A stretch of DNA of 63,901 nucleotides, counting the filler, from Reticulomyxa filosa (Eukaryota > Protista > Foraminifera), in assembly GCA_000512085.1 (NCBI GenBank). It is 19 parts of 19 records of this genome, joined end to end, with 100 filler letters (N's around TTAATTAATTAA, not from the genome) between each part and the next. Parts side by side here need not be neighbours in the genome. Positions count along the whole stretch, not along the records: positions 52,883 to 58,516 come from ASPP01018665.1; positions 58,617 to 62,730 come from ASPP01020881.1; positions 62,831 to 63,901 come from ASPP01046153.1; 16 more parts are not named here. One strand, given 5' to 3'. Made by a program: the position numbers and the translations under genes. Of the stretch, positions 53,026-63,901 are shown piece by piece (the stretch's first letter is position 1; each line of letters starts with the position of its first letter). The notes beneath the pieces are model-generated. The model was not told the origin of the DNA. It worked only from the letters and a program-made list of their open reading frames with translations, and searched no databases.

Positions 53026-53919
53026 TTTTTTTGTAATGTAGTTACTAGAGACTAATCAGTTCCTACATAATTCAAATATTTATAATAGGGACTTGCCCTA
53101 CAGTTCTTTGTAGTTTTTTTGTTATCAATTATGTTATAAAATGGAGAAGCTGGTATTTTTGCCTATCACTTGAAGAAAAACTGCCTTTAGGGGTAACACA
53201 GTGCATTAAGAAAGATGAACTAAAATTTGATAGCTGGTATATATTTGGAATATTAGATAGTCTTTTTTGTTTTTTATTTATGCGAATAAAATTCATTTTT
53301 AACTCTTTTTATAAATATATTTTTTACTATCAATAAACTAGCAATTATAAATGTAAAAATTACTTTTTGATTGGATAATTACTATTTTCAATGACAACCA
53401 ATTTAAGACAACTGCCTTTGACAAAAAGACATTTGATAACAAAACTTAAAATGAATTTACCTAGTTTTTTTATGTGACAGAAATTTGTTGATGACAAGGT
53501 CGCTTTTTCCTTTCTTCTCTTTATCTCTACTTTTATTCCAAACAAGCACAATGCAATAATCCTGGCATACATTATTATATATAAATTCCGAAATTTAAAT
53601 GTTAAAAGTTTTTTTAAATTAATTGAAATAAAAACAACTAAAGAAAAAGAACGCAATTCTTTCATGAAATTAAGTGTGAGAAGATTATTTGATGCTGCTC
53701 ATATTTTAGACTGAACGGATGTAAATAAAACAAAAGAATAATAAATAGATGTCGTTAATTTCACAAGTTTCCGATACTGTTGACTGGAAATTATTAAAAA
53801 TTTTATTTTTTTGCTATCTCATTTGTCAGTGAAAAAAATCTAAAAAAATAACAAGAAAGATAAAAGGTAATTGACAAAAGGCTTAAATAGACACAGAATA
53901 TTTGAAAACAAAAAACCAG

Positions 53920-54740
53920 GGCAGGCTTGAGTAGTGCAATTATCAACTGTCACAGACACTGACACACACAACCGAATAGGAGCTTGAGCACTGCAGTTGC
54001 CAAGAAGTTTCCATTCAGCACATTCTCGAAAGATACATCTATCACTGCAAGGATTAAGAACAGTAACAACTCGGTAATCGACAACAAATATGTATTCGAT
54101 CGAGGCTCGCAATCGCGCGTCTGAGACAAATGGTAGCTTCTGTCAATCGAGCAAGTGAGTTGTCGTAGTTGCACGATGGATTAGAAAATTCGTTGCTTGT
54201 ATTCACTCGTCCGACAATCGTGGTAGTGCCATAAGTAGCATCATAACACGAGGATACAAATTCAATCGATCATTCAGAATGATCACTTTCAAATCCAACT
54301 CAAAGTATTTGGCATTTGCCAGAGTTAACTTGGACTATCACAGACACATCCTCGGTTGTGAATCCATCAGAGTCCACACAAAACCAATGCACAAATCACA
54401 ATTGCAAGGGATTTGCAAAAACAATTTCTCCAATTGCACTGGAACTTTGCTGTTCAAAAGACACAGACTTGATATTGGATATACGTGCGATAGTAAAGAG
54501 GAGGAATGCAAATTGTGAGTGTAGTCGGGCTATACGTAGAACTATACGTTGACGCATTTGTTGGACTGTATGTCGAACTATATATTGGACCATTGGTAAG
54601 CGCATTGCTTGGATTTGGCGTTGGACTATAAGTAGGCCTCTTGGATTTGTCCGTTGTCTGGACCAACAGGATCCGAATAACCTGCTGTCTTGATGCATTG
54701 GAAGCATTGCTTTGGCGCTTGATTTGGAAATATTTGAGCT
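53920..54740 (-). pseudogene. Cys-rich protein with P/T/S mucin-like repeats, disrupted
   Basis: PTYSPTPNPS...STYSPTNASTYSSTYSPT followed by Cys-rich frames (53840..54112, 53950..54174) that are out of register with each other. Confidence 0.45.
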
Positions 54741-55299
54741 GAGGTGTAAAAAAATAATAAATCATTCATTGGAATATAAAAAAGTGATTTTTTTGAGATA
54801 TGATGGAAAAATCCCTTTTCTAAAAAAAAAGTATAATAGTGTGGATGATGGACAATAGTCACACTTAAGACTGACTTGTCAGTGTTAAAAATATCACAAA
54901 AGTACAAATAACAATATTTTTAAATATTATTTACAATGCCAAAGATAACGCATTATCTTTTTTTGGAAAAATTCAATTCTATCTAATAATCGCAAAATAG
55001 AAAATTTCTTTTTATTCTAAGTATTTCAAAACTAAGACTGTAGATTCACTATTTTTTGGGATGTTACTCGAATTAATGTAGAGTTTTTTTTTTTTGAGAA
55101 GAAACCAACTTTTTTTAAAAAGATATTTTTTTGACATGGATTGTCACACATTTTTGCTTGTTTGCGTGTTAGAATCACAACACTATATGTGAGAGTAAGT
55201 ACCTTGCTTTCCTTTCCAACATTGTGCAAAAAAAAAAATAACTTGTTGAAAAAGTCCAAAGTAGTGAAGGGAAGACAACACCAAACAACAGCGACATAC

Positions 55300-55605
55300 C
55301 CAACTCTACCAAGTCCACTGTCATCGTTTTTTGGTATAATTGCCACAAAGGCGCCCAAAAACTCATCAAAATCAATAATCTTATCTTTAGTCTTGTCTAT
55401 TAGTTTTTTAACCAAACAAAGTTTCGTAGCTAATCTTATGTATCAATTCCTTCAAATATGTTGTGTCATATTCGCAGAGCTTGGATTGTCTCCCATCAGC
55501 TTACCATTATCTAAGCGTGAGTCCTCATTTGTGTTTCATAAATCAAAGCATCTTAAAATGTGCGAATTTATCAGATGAAAAGCCGTGGTTAGAGGTCAAA
55601 ACCAT
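55300..55605 (-). pseudogene. Calmodulin-like EF-hand pseudogene
   Basis: KLIDKTKDKIIDFDEFLG is a decayed EF-hand. The upstream MVLTSNHGFSSDKFAHFK lies in a broken frame. Confidence 0.5.
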
Positions 55606-56319
55606 TTCTTTATTGTCTGACGAATATGGAATGTCTAAAAGAGTTGAAGAAAATAAAACTATCTATTCTTAAATTTCCTCAACTTAATTATTAGTTTTTT
55701 TCCATCATTATTTTATATTCAACACTTGTATCTGCTTTTATGAATTGCAATTGAAAATTATAAATTGAAAAACAATAAACAGTAGTGCAAACTTTAAAGG
55801 GATATGTTGTGAATATTTTTTAGCATTTTAAAAGATATTTTTGTTCTTTTAATGAAACAATATCGAGCAACGAATAAATAAAGGAAAAAGTTGCCTTTTT
55901 CTATTCAAAATTGAAGTTAACACAACAATTTTACTTTCAAATGCTTTCGTAATCAAAAGATAGATTATTGAAAGAATTTTTCATTGTTGTAATTTAAAAA
56001 TGCTTTTGATCATTTATTTGGAAAGTTATTATGATTAATGACAAATTTATTAATTTGCAATTTGAATTATTTTATAACTATCATTGAAATATGTAATGTT
56101 TCTTTAATGTATTAGGATGCAGAAGTAGAAACAATAACATGAAAGGATGATTTCACAAGCTGTATTTTTTGTTCTTTTTATCATGTTCATTCTAAACTTG
56201 TTTATCAGTTCCGAAATGCAAAATATTATGAGGAAAACATTTTGGATAATAATTGAACAAATATTAATTCGATTTTGGCCTTCTTTTATCATGTTTATTC
56301 ATTAAATACTCAAACTAAC

Positions 56320-56430
56320 TTTTTTGGAGTCGCTCAAATTAATGCAGAGTTTTTTTGGAATTACTCCAATTAAATCAGAGTTTTTCTGAGGGTCACTCCA
56401 ATTAATGTAGAGTTTTTTTTTGGAGAAGAA
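56320..56430 (+). repeat. Tandem repeat of about 31 bp (3+ units), with a further copy at 55052-55104
   Basis: Units approximate TTTTTTGGAGTCACTCCAATTAATGTAGAG. Both loci end in T-run + GAGAAGAA. Confidence 0.8.
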
Positions 56431-58616
56431 ATAAGTTAAATACGTGATTATCAATTTTTTTGTAAAACTTTTTTAGTTGTAAATGAAATTCATTTTAAAT
56501 CTGGATTAATGATTTTGGATTAATTGTATTGGCAATAGCTTTTTGATTTGATCAATAATTATTCCATTACCTAACTCGAGTCCTTGCATTCGTTTTGTCT
56601 AGTGCATAAACTTTGACTAGTGCAATCAAAATATGCTTCTTTTACATGACGCTTTGAGTTTTTTCTGCCACTTGCTAATGCTTCCAGTTTCACATGACAA
56701 TCTGACAAAATGATTAGTTTGTGATTTTATTTAACAAATTTTTAATTAAAAAATTTGTTCGAGATATTTAAAGACAAAATTATGGTCAATACGACTATTA
56801 GAATCAATTGAAAATGCAATTTTTGTTTTTGTGTATAATTTTCAATGTTAAAATAATAACATAATTATTATTGGCTAATATATCCGTCTTATGTGTTATC
56901 CTAAACTAAAATTCTTAAAACTCACCCCTTTGCAGTTTGTTTTTTTTATCAATTTTGTTATAAAGGATAAAATCTAATATTTTTGCATCTCACTTGAAGG
57001 AAAAATGTTTTTAGTGATAAAACCCCAGCGCAAATGTTGTGCACTTGTCGTAAATGAAAAAATTGGCTGGCACAAAGCATCTCATAGAAAGGTAACACCA
57101 AACAATTGTTTTTTTTTTTGATGAAAAAAGTCGCACTAGACTGACATTGGTGACATTTTTTGTTGAAATTTTTTTTTAGTATTATTTTTGAAATGTTTGT
57201 GGATTTTTGTTTGATAGGCTGTCAAAATTTGAGAACGCTTTGCGAAAATGAGTTACGCTGGTTTTTGATGAAACGCACAATAAATTAATTCAAATTGTAA
57301 TGTTTTTGACAATTGTTATATCTTTTTTGGTATAATTTTAATGTTTGGAGTTTTAAGATAATTTGCGTCGACAAAAATAATCTGACATTGACAGATGCTA
57401 GTTTGTTTTTACTGCATAAACTAATTTTCTTTTCTCAAAGAGAAATGAAACCAAAATGCAATCATATTATATACATAATGCGAGAACTCTTTTTGTCATT
57501 TAAAAGATTTCAATGATACTACATATAAAACAATGATTAAATCAATTAATTAAATTATCTTTAAATTTGAATAGTACAATCAGAATTTCATGTATGACTT
57601 TTGAAACATTGTTAAAGATATGTCGACAGCAAGTTTTGTCTTTTAGTGTAATTATTCAACATATAAATCTTATCAGTTTTTTTTTAAAAACAAAACAACG
57701 TATAAAAAATAAAAGATGTTGTAAAATTTTTTAAAAAAAGTGTTATTCATATCAGATGCATTTAGTATGTATATTTGCTTTCGATTAGACTAAATTAAGA
57801 AAAACAATAAGCATATCAACAAAATATTCTTGCCTTGGGAAATTATTTTTTATACTTCTCCGGTTCTATATTCAATTTGAAATTTAAATATATATGGGGT
57901 GTACCAACATTAACACATGCATGACACTTTTTATAACATTTTCTTTTTATTTTATCTTTGCTCTTATGTTTAAGTTTAAGTTAAATATTATCTTTAAATC
58001 TGTCTTTGTGTTTATGCTTGTGTTTACTCGCTTTCTTTCTCTCTTTCTTGTTCGTTAAGGACATTTCTCTCTGCTCAATGACTAAGCGCACAGACTCTTA
58101 CAAGCATATGCGTAACATTGACTCGAACAACAGAAAAGATCCCTTCAACGAAAAGCAGACACAAGAGTTTGGACAGATCCCTTAATGAACTCGATTCATT
58201 AAGGTGTAGACTGACCAGAAAAATTGCATGGCATTCAGTTCGTGCTTTAAACAAAAGACTGAACATGTGACCGAGAAGCTCAAGAGGCTTTGTTCTGCCA
58301 TCATTACTGTTATGTTTTGCTTATCTTTGGTTTGGATCGACAAAGTGAACGAATTGATATAGTCCATAATAAACATTTTCATAAATCATTTTTGATCCCA
58401 TCTGAACTTCGTTCATGGTTAAAAATTGATTTTTCACTTTTAGAATTGTGTAAGAAAAAATTAACTAATTTTTAGACTGCAAAGAGATTTATTTACAATT
58501 TTTCATTTTAAAATTGNNNNNNNNNNNNNNNNNNNNNNNNNNNNNNNNNNNNNNNNNNNNTTAATTAATTAANNNNNNNNNNNNNNNNNNNNNNNNNNNN
58601 NNNNNNNNNNNNNNNN

Positions 58617-59891
58617 TTGTGATTGTGGCTGTGATTGTGGCTGTTGTTGGCGTTGATGTGTAGTTGACTTGCGTGTGGAACTGGGGGACGTATCTTTGTC
58701 CGTGTTTGTGTCCAAATCGCTCTCATGCTTTTCTTTATCCTTGGCTTTATCGCCTCCAAACACGGAAATTTTAAATCGAAATCCCTTCTTTTTGTTGACG
58801 TTATCGTCCTTATCTTTGTTTTTGTCTTTGTCTCGATCCTTTTCCAAGTCCGTCTTCTTTTGACTGCGACTACTTTCTGACTCGGTGTCACTCGGTGGCG
58901 GCGGACTCACTCCGTCCATGAAGTTCGACTCAAGCTTGCGCACTTCTCCTTGCCACTTGCTTATTGTATCTTCGCCACTGTCAATACTCGCTTTCGCCAA
59001 TCCAAAATCTCTTATTTTCACCAGTTTCACATTTACATATAATAATATTAATATACATACATATATACATATATATATATATAAATATATATATGTCTAT
59101 GTATATGTACGTATATGTAACGTACATATGTGTATATTCGTACATGAATGCTTATACACTATGAACAGCTTTTTTATGTCCATAAGTATATATCATACAT
59201 ATATATATATATATATATACATATATATATGTATATGTACATATATGATTGTCCCCTTATCAAAAGAAGGGAAAGAAGATAAATAGAAAAAAAAACTACT
59301 AAAACGATAATTTGATATGTCCATCTCTGGCAATTAAAATGTTGTCTGGTTTTAAATCTCGATGGACATAATCCATTTCGTGAATCACTGCAATCGCGCG
59401 AGCACATTCTGCCATGTAAAATCTTGTCACGTCTTCTGGGAAGATGTCTTCTTTTATCAATAGTTTCATCAAGTCGCCTCCTTTTTTTTTTTATCCCTCG
59501 GAAATTTCTTTCTCCTTTCTTTGCACCCCTTTTTTCTCCTTCCCTCTCTTTGTTTTCATTACCTGGACAATACTCCATGACAAAATACAAATTCACTGTG
59601 TCTTGAAAGGACAAATACAACTTGACTAATAACCAATTGTCTACATTGATCATTACATCACGCTCGGTTAACACGTGATTCAATTGCTTTTTTTTCAATC
59701 ATTTTTTTTTTGAGCAATGACTTCATTGCAAACACCTCTTGCGTGTCTTTCTTTCGAACCACACGCACTTCTCCGTATCCACCTTTGCCGATTACCGCGA
59801 TCAACTCGTAGTTGTTGACGTGATGCTTACTTCTTTGTCTTGAGCCCTCGCTCGGGCTCATTGGCTGTGCTTTTGGAGATGTTACTAGCAT
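58617..59891 (-). CDS. NDR/STK38-family AGC protein kinase; 3' partial; introns 59481-59562 and 59011-59305
   Basis: [38 protein letters not shown]|[29 protein letters not shown]|DFGL, followed by the long subdomain VII-VIII insert typical of NDR kinases. One A-run frameshift near 59690. Confidence 0.9.
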
Positions 59892-61753
59892 TGACACTTT
59901 GACACTCACTATATTCAACAAAATGTCACTCTTGCACTGAGAAAAACACTTACATTCAACGTTTTTTTAAAAGGCCCTGTTCGTTTTTCCTCCTTTTTTT
60001 CTCACTTTTCTTTTAGACCGTCACAAAACGATCAGTACATAGCCAGACATTTTTAAAAAGCTATTTCCCAAAATATTTGTCCAGTACAAACCAGTTTACT
60101 CCTTTGTTTAGACAGCTCTTTTTATTTATTGTGTAAGAGCCACATCTTTGGAAAGAACCAAAAATAAAAAATGTATTCTTATTCGCAAGTTTTCAACAAG
60201 ATAAGCTCTTCTTTATATCTTTTTTTCTCTTATGATAGTATCGGCAGTACGAACTATTAACAATGAATTTCACTGGAAAAAAGTTGAGTTTTTCAAACAT
60301 AAGAAAAACCAAATTATTGATACGTTTTGGCAGGTGCAACAAGGGTTTTTTCTCCCCAAACCTATTCTACCATTTCTAAAAGGAAACATTTAATTTTAGT
60401 TATGTTCAAGGTAACCTGAAGGTTGTCTGTTGGTGAATGCTGGAAAAAAAAAAAGCAGGGCACAAAAAAAAAAAACAAAAAAAAAGTTGAAATAAAGAAT
60501 TAATAATTTCTTAATCGAATTGCACCAATTTGAGTTTTGAACAAAGGGAAGTTAAATTGTTGAAGTTACCAAAACCAAGTTATTGGCAATCAGCAAAGTT
60601 TTTTTTTAAACAAACAAAAGGCCAGCCTTTGCATTCAGTGAAACCCTTTTCCCCCTTCCGAGCCAAACTCAAAAATAAATGCCTCGAGCCATCATAAAAG
60701 TGAGAGTATAAAAGGCATATAAAGAGTAGCGTGCGAACGATTGGTAATAATCTTCAGGGGTTTGTGCACCAAACCAAAACAACGTAACTCCTAAGGTTAC
60801 CCATGACCAAAAAATTGTAAATGGCGCAACATCCAACAACGGTACTGCGCGAAGCGTGCCGCCATAAATTACTTTATTTTTATTCGTTTGTAATTATTAT
60901 TATTGTTATGTGTGTGGGATTGTGTTGTTGTACATTCAATTGTTCGAAACACAATCACAAAAATGATTCAAAGTTATGATTTTATTCAGACTTTAAAGCA
61001 AGACATGATAACTTTGTCTGGCGTCAGGGGATGGCATGCGTTTTAATCCAAATTCCTTGCCTCTCTGACGGAGTGGAACGTAAGCTCGTCGGGCCATGTT
61101 AAATTGTGGATGGATGAGAGCTGTTCAAATTATTGGGGCAACAGGGAGACGATTGCAAAAAAAAAAAGAACATTTTTTTTTTAGCACCAAACAAAAGACA
61201 GAAATTTCACTCAACATCTTTGCAAGTTATTTGTGTAAACTCCTCTCAGTAATCTTATTGAAGTTGAAGCCATCCTTGATATGTGGTTGTTAATATCTTA
61301 TAGATTGCTTGTACAACACACCAAAAATTTCCAAGTGAATCTTGAACGTTTTCTTGCTGTACACCCTTCCAAGTTGAAACAGCTTGCACAGTGTTAAAAG
61401 TACTTTCAAAGAGTCAGTCCAAACACACTATGGCCATAAACTACTCCGGAGATAAAGCAATAAACAGATTTAGTTGTTGCTGAAGGAGAGGGAAAAAATC
61501 AAGCTGTCATTAATATTTTCTTTTTTTAAGCGTTGGTAGATGTCTCCGATTTGTTCTTTATTGCACCAAAATATGTTGGGGCATATTTTCTTCAGTAAGA
61601 ATTAAGTTTAAAAAAGATCAAGTCAAAGAAGCAAGTAACTTTGACTCTGCGTTAATAAATTTTTTTGTTTCGTTAACGCAGTTAACTAGTTTTTTTTAAA
61701 ACGTTTAAATTACAAAAGGTGATTTTTCTCATTGTCAAGACACAGATTTGAAG

Positions 61754-62673
61754 ATGTCTTTGGCTAGCACTATGATGGATGCTAGTGTCACAACGCGTGT
61801 CAACACAAACACTAGTACAATACATGGTAGAGAGCAGAGCAATAACAGCACCTCAACGGCAAGTACAAAAACTATGCGCAAAGCAATTGTTGTCTCAATG
61901 CGCCCCATCGACGAGAGCCGAAGTGAAGATGCTGGATCAGCAGCTGCTTCGGCCCATCACCAGCGCAAATGCCTCAACAGACCAAATTATCCACCACCAC
62001 TGCCACCATCATCCAAAATGCACCCCAACAAGACAAAAATGCCAACATATACACCGGCTACCCCTGATCGTAGCTTTGACATTGGTACGTTCGTTCGGAT
62101 ATTCCTTTCTTATGTGAAAAAAGAAGAGGAGAAAGGGGCAGAGGGGGGGGGGGAGGAGAGAAAGGGGGGAAAAAAAGCCAAAAACGAATGTAACAAATAA
62201 TGGCGATCGACAGGTTTGCATAAGAAACCAAAGAATGAAACCAAAGGCAGTAGTGATATTTCCAAGGGCGTATTAGCTCCCAACATAAGTCGTCACAATA
62301 TTGGTACCAACAAAAAAAGTTTGAAGGAACGAGTCAAAAATATGTTTGCATTTCAAACAGTTTAATAAAAAAAAAAAAACATAATTTGCAATATTCTGTG
62401 GTTCAAAGACTGTCCATTTTTTTTTTTTTTTAAATTACTAAAAACTAGTGCGTAATGTAATGTATGTATGACTGAACTTGTGTTAGCATACCCAAGGAAG
62501 AGGTAGAATAACCGGGTCTGCATCGAAGCGAGCGAGCGGCTCTTTCCAGAGGCGAAATGCGGTAATATCCAGGCCTTCACTGAGCACGACCGAAGACCAA
62601 CATGTAACGCGAGGAGATATTCAAGCCAACCCTCCAACAGCGACACCATCACCACCCAGGACAAATGATCAAA
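61754..62673 (+). CDS. N-terminal exons of a low-complexity Pro/Ser/Thr-rich protein
   Basis: ORF 61748..62200 plus downstream exons (about 62214-62360 and 62488-62673) bounded by GT-AG. Confidence 0.55.
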
Positions 62674-62689
62674 GTTGTACAAAACTAAA

Positions 62690-62721
<32 letters not shown>

Positions 62722-63540
62722 GGGAGGGGGNNNNNNNNNNNNNNNNNNNNNNNNNNNNNNNNNNNNNNNNNNNNTTAATTAATTAANNNNNNNNNNNNNN
62801 NNNNNNNNNNNNNNNNNNNNNNNNNNNNNNGGACAAAATACCCCACTTGGAATTGGGTATGGTATTGATATACCTGATACCAGAAACAAGCAACGACCCA
62901 AAATGACGCGAATAATGACATGGACATCGACACAAGTGGCACAAGGCGAATAGCCGTAAAACAAAAGACGTCAGATGATGGATTAAAGGATGAAGTTGCA
63001 AAGAAAGCAAAGCATCAATCATCGACGTTTTAAGTTTATTATAAAGCTCAAGTATGCAACAAAACGAAAAAAAGAAGATTGATGAAATCACATTTGAAAA
63101 TATGTGGAAGAAAAATATGAAAATTCGACGACAAACAAATGGTTGTATTGTGTCCCCCAACTCCTGGGATTTATCATACAGTCATACAGAGCTTTCATGC
63201 TCTAGTGAATTAATTATTGTCCTTCATATTAAAGTTTTTGCGAATGCAGCAGGTTGGATCAAAATCCGCGCTGTATTTCACAATTTGAGAAAGAAATATT
63301 AATATGTTTTTGGTTATTGTTTTGTGTTATATTTTTCTTTCAGATTTTGATACAAATATTTTTTACTTTTGGTTTTGTTTTCCTTGGTTTTAATGATGAA
63401 TACACGAAATGTGCAAGTGTTGTTTTATTGATTACTTTGTAAGACATTGTAAGTAAGGTGCATGGTTGCGATATTTTTTCACTATCCTTTTTCGTTTTGG
63501 AATTGCAATATTACAACTAAAAAAAAAATCATGAAATGAA

Positions 63541-63901
63541 TAGATATGTCCTGCTTCGGGGAGTACCAACTCGCGAAAGCGAGTGCGAAATCAAGATTAT
63601 GGATATCAAATACAAGAATTAAAACGATTTCATAATATGCCAATTGTCAAGGTGATTCTATCCAAGACTGAAGATGTTGTCAAAATATTGAAAGACAATG
63701 ATATTCAGATAGATATTCAATGGTGAAAGTGGAACCATTCGACAAAGGCAAATCAAGGACAAAATTGCATTTCAATCAATGCAGGAAATGCTACAGATTG
63801 AACCATATTGTTCGTGAATGCCCAAAAAAAGTAAAGTATGTAAGTATTGAGGATTGACAAATCACGAAGCGGCAAAATGTCGATACAAAAATGACCCAAG
63901 C
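63541..63901 (+). mobile_element. Non-LTR retrotransposon (LINE) ORF1 gag-like remnant
   Basis: YVLLRGVP...RFHNMPIVKV...VKVEPF...QCRKCYRLNHIVRECP...VCKY*GLTNHEAAKC: an RRM-like region followed by two CCHC knuckles, with frameshifts and a stop. Confidence 0.8.

Noticed and set aside
56320-56430. Palindromic repeats of about 31 bp resembling CRISPR repeats
   Set aside because: The units abut without unique spacers and are degenerate. The context is eukaryotic with no cas genes.
59680-59712. Frameshift in the NDR kinase at an A-run, possible programmed slippage
   Set aside because: One extra A in a homopolymer is most simply a sequencing error. The kinase motifs are otherwise intact.
60781-60802. 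GTAACTCCTAAGGTTAC resembling the LSU rRNA I-CeuI region
   Set aside because: Only a short partial match with no flanking rRNA similarity. No rRNA or tRNA genes were found in the window.

Overview
This window is not one locus. It holds 19 short contigs joined by 18 artificial 100-nt spacers (N44-TTAATTAATTAA-N44, a six-frame stop cassette), so adjacency across a spacer means nothing. Eighteen contigs look like an AT-rich, intron-rich, microsatellite-rich protist genome. The lineage-expanded WD40 and GTPase families and the heavy pseudogene load point to the foraminiferan Reticulomyxa filosa or a relative; this is my inference, not a search result. One contig (17439-18445) is GC-rich and bacterial. 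Recognisable genes or fragments: SLC35F-like transporter, GT77-like sugar transferase, FOP/CEP43, UBR N-recognin E3, THOC2, endonuclease V, SPT5, a WDFY3-like WD40-FYVE tail, an NDR kinase, a WD40 family member and a large ARM/PH protein. Pseudogenes: kinesin, P-loop GTPase, ESF2/ABT1, EF-hand and a PKA-like fragment. Mobile DNA: three copies of a TA-flanked CAGTAG terminal inverted repeat, a decayed LTR gag-protease, and a LINE ORF1 zinc-knuckle remnant. The best leads are (1) an intron-containing gene fusing a CUE-like domain, a Cys4 zinc module and a RelA/SpoT-like nucleotidyltransferase, a candidate nucleotide-signalling or NLR-effector system, and (2) introns with 'inverted' polarity: pyrimidine-rich 5' ends, purine-rich 3' ends, no polypyrimidine tract and degenerate donors. 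Exon boundaries were inferred by hand.
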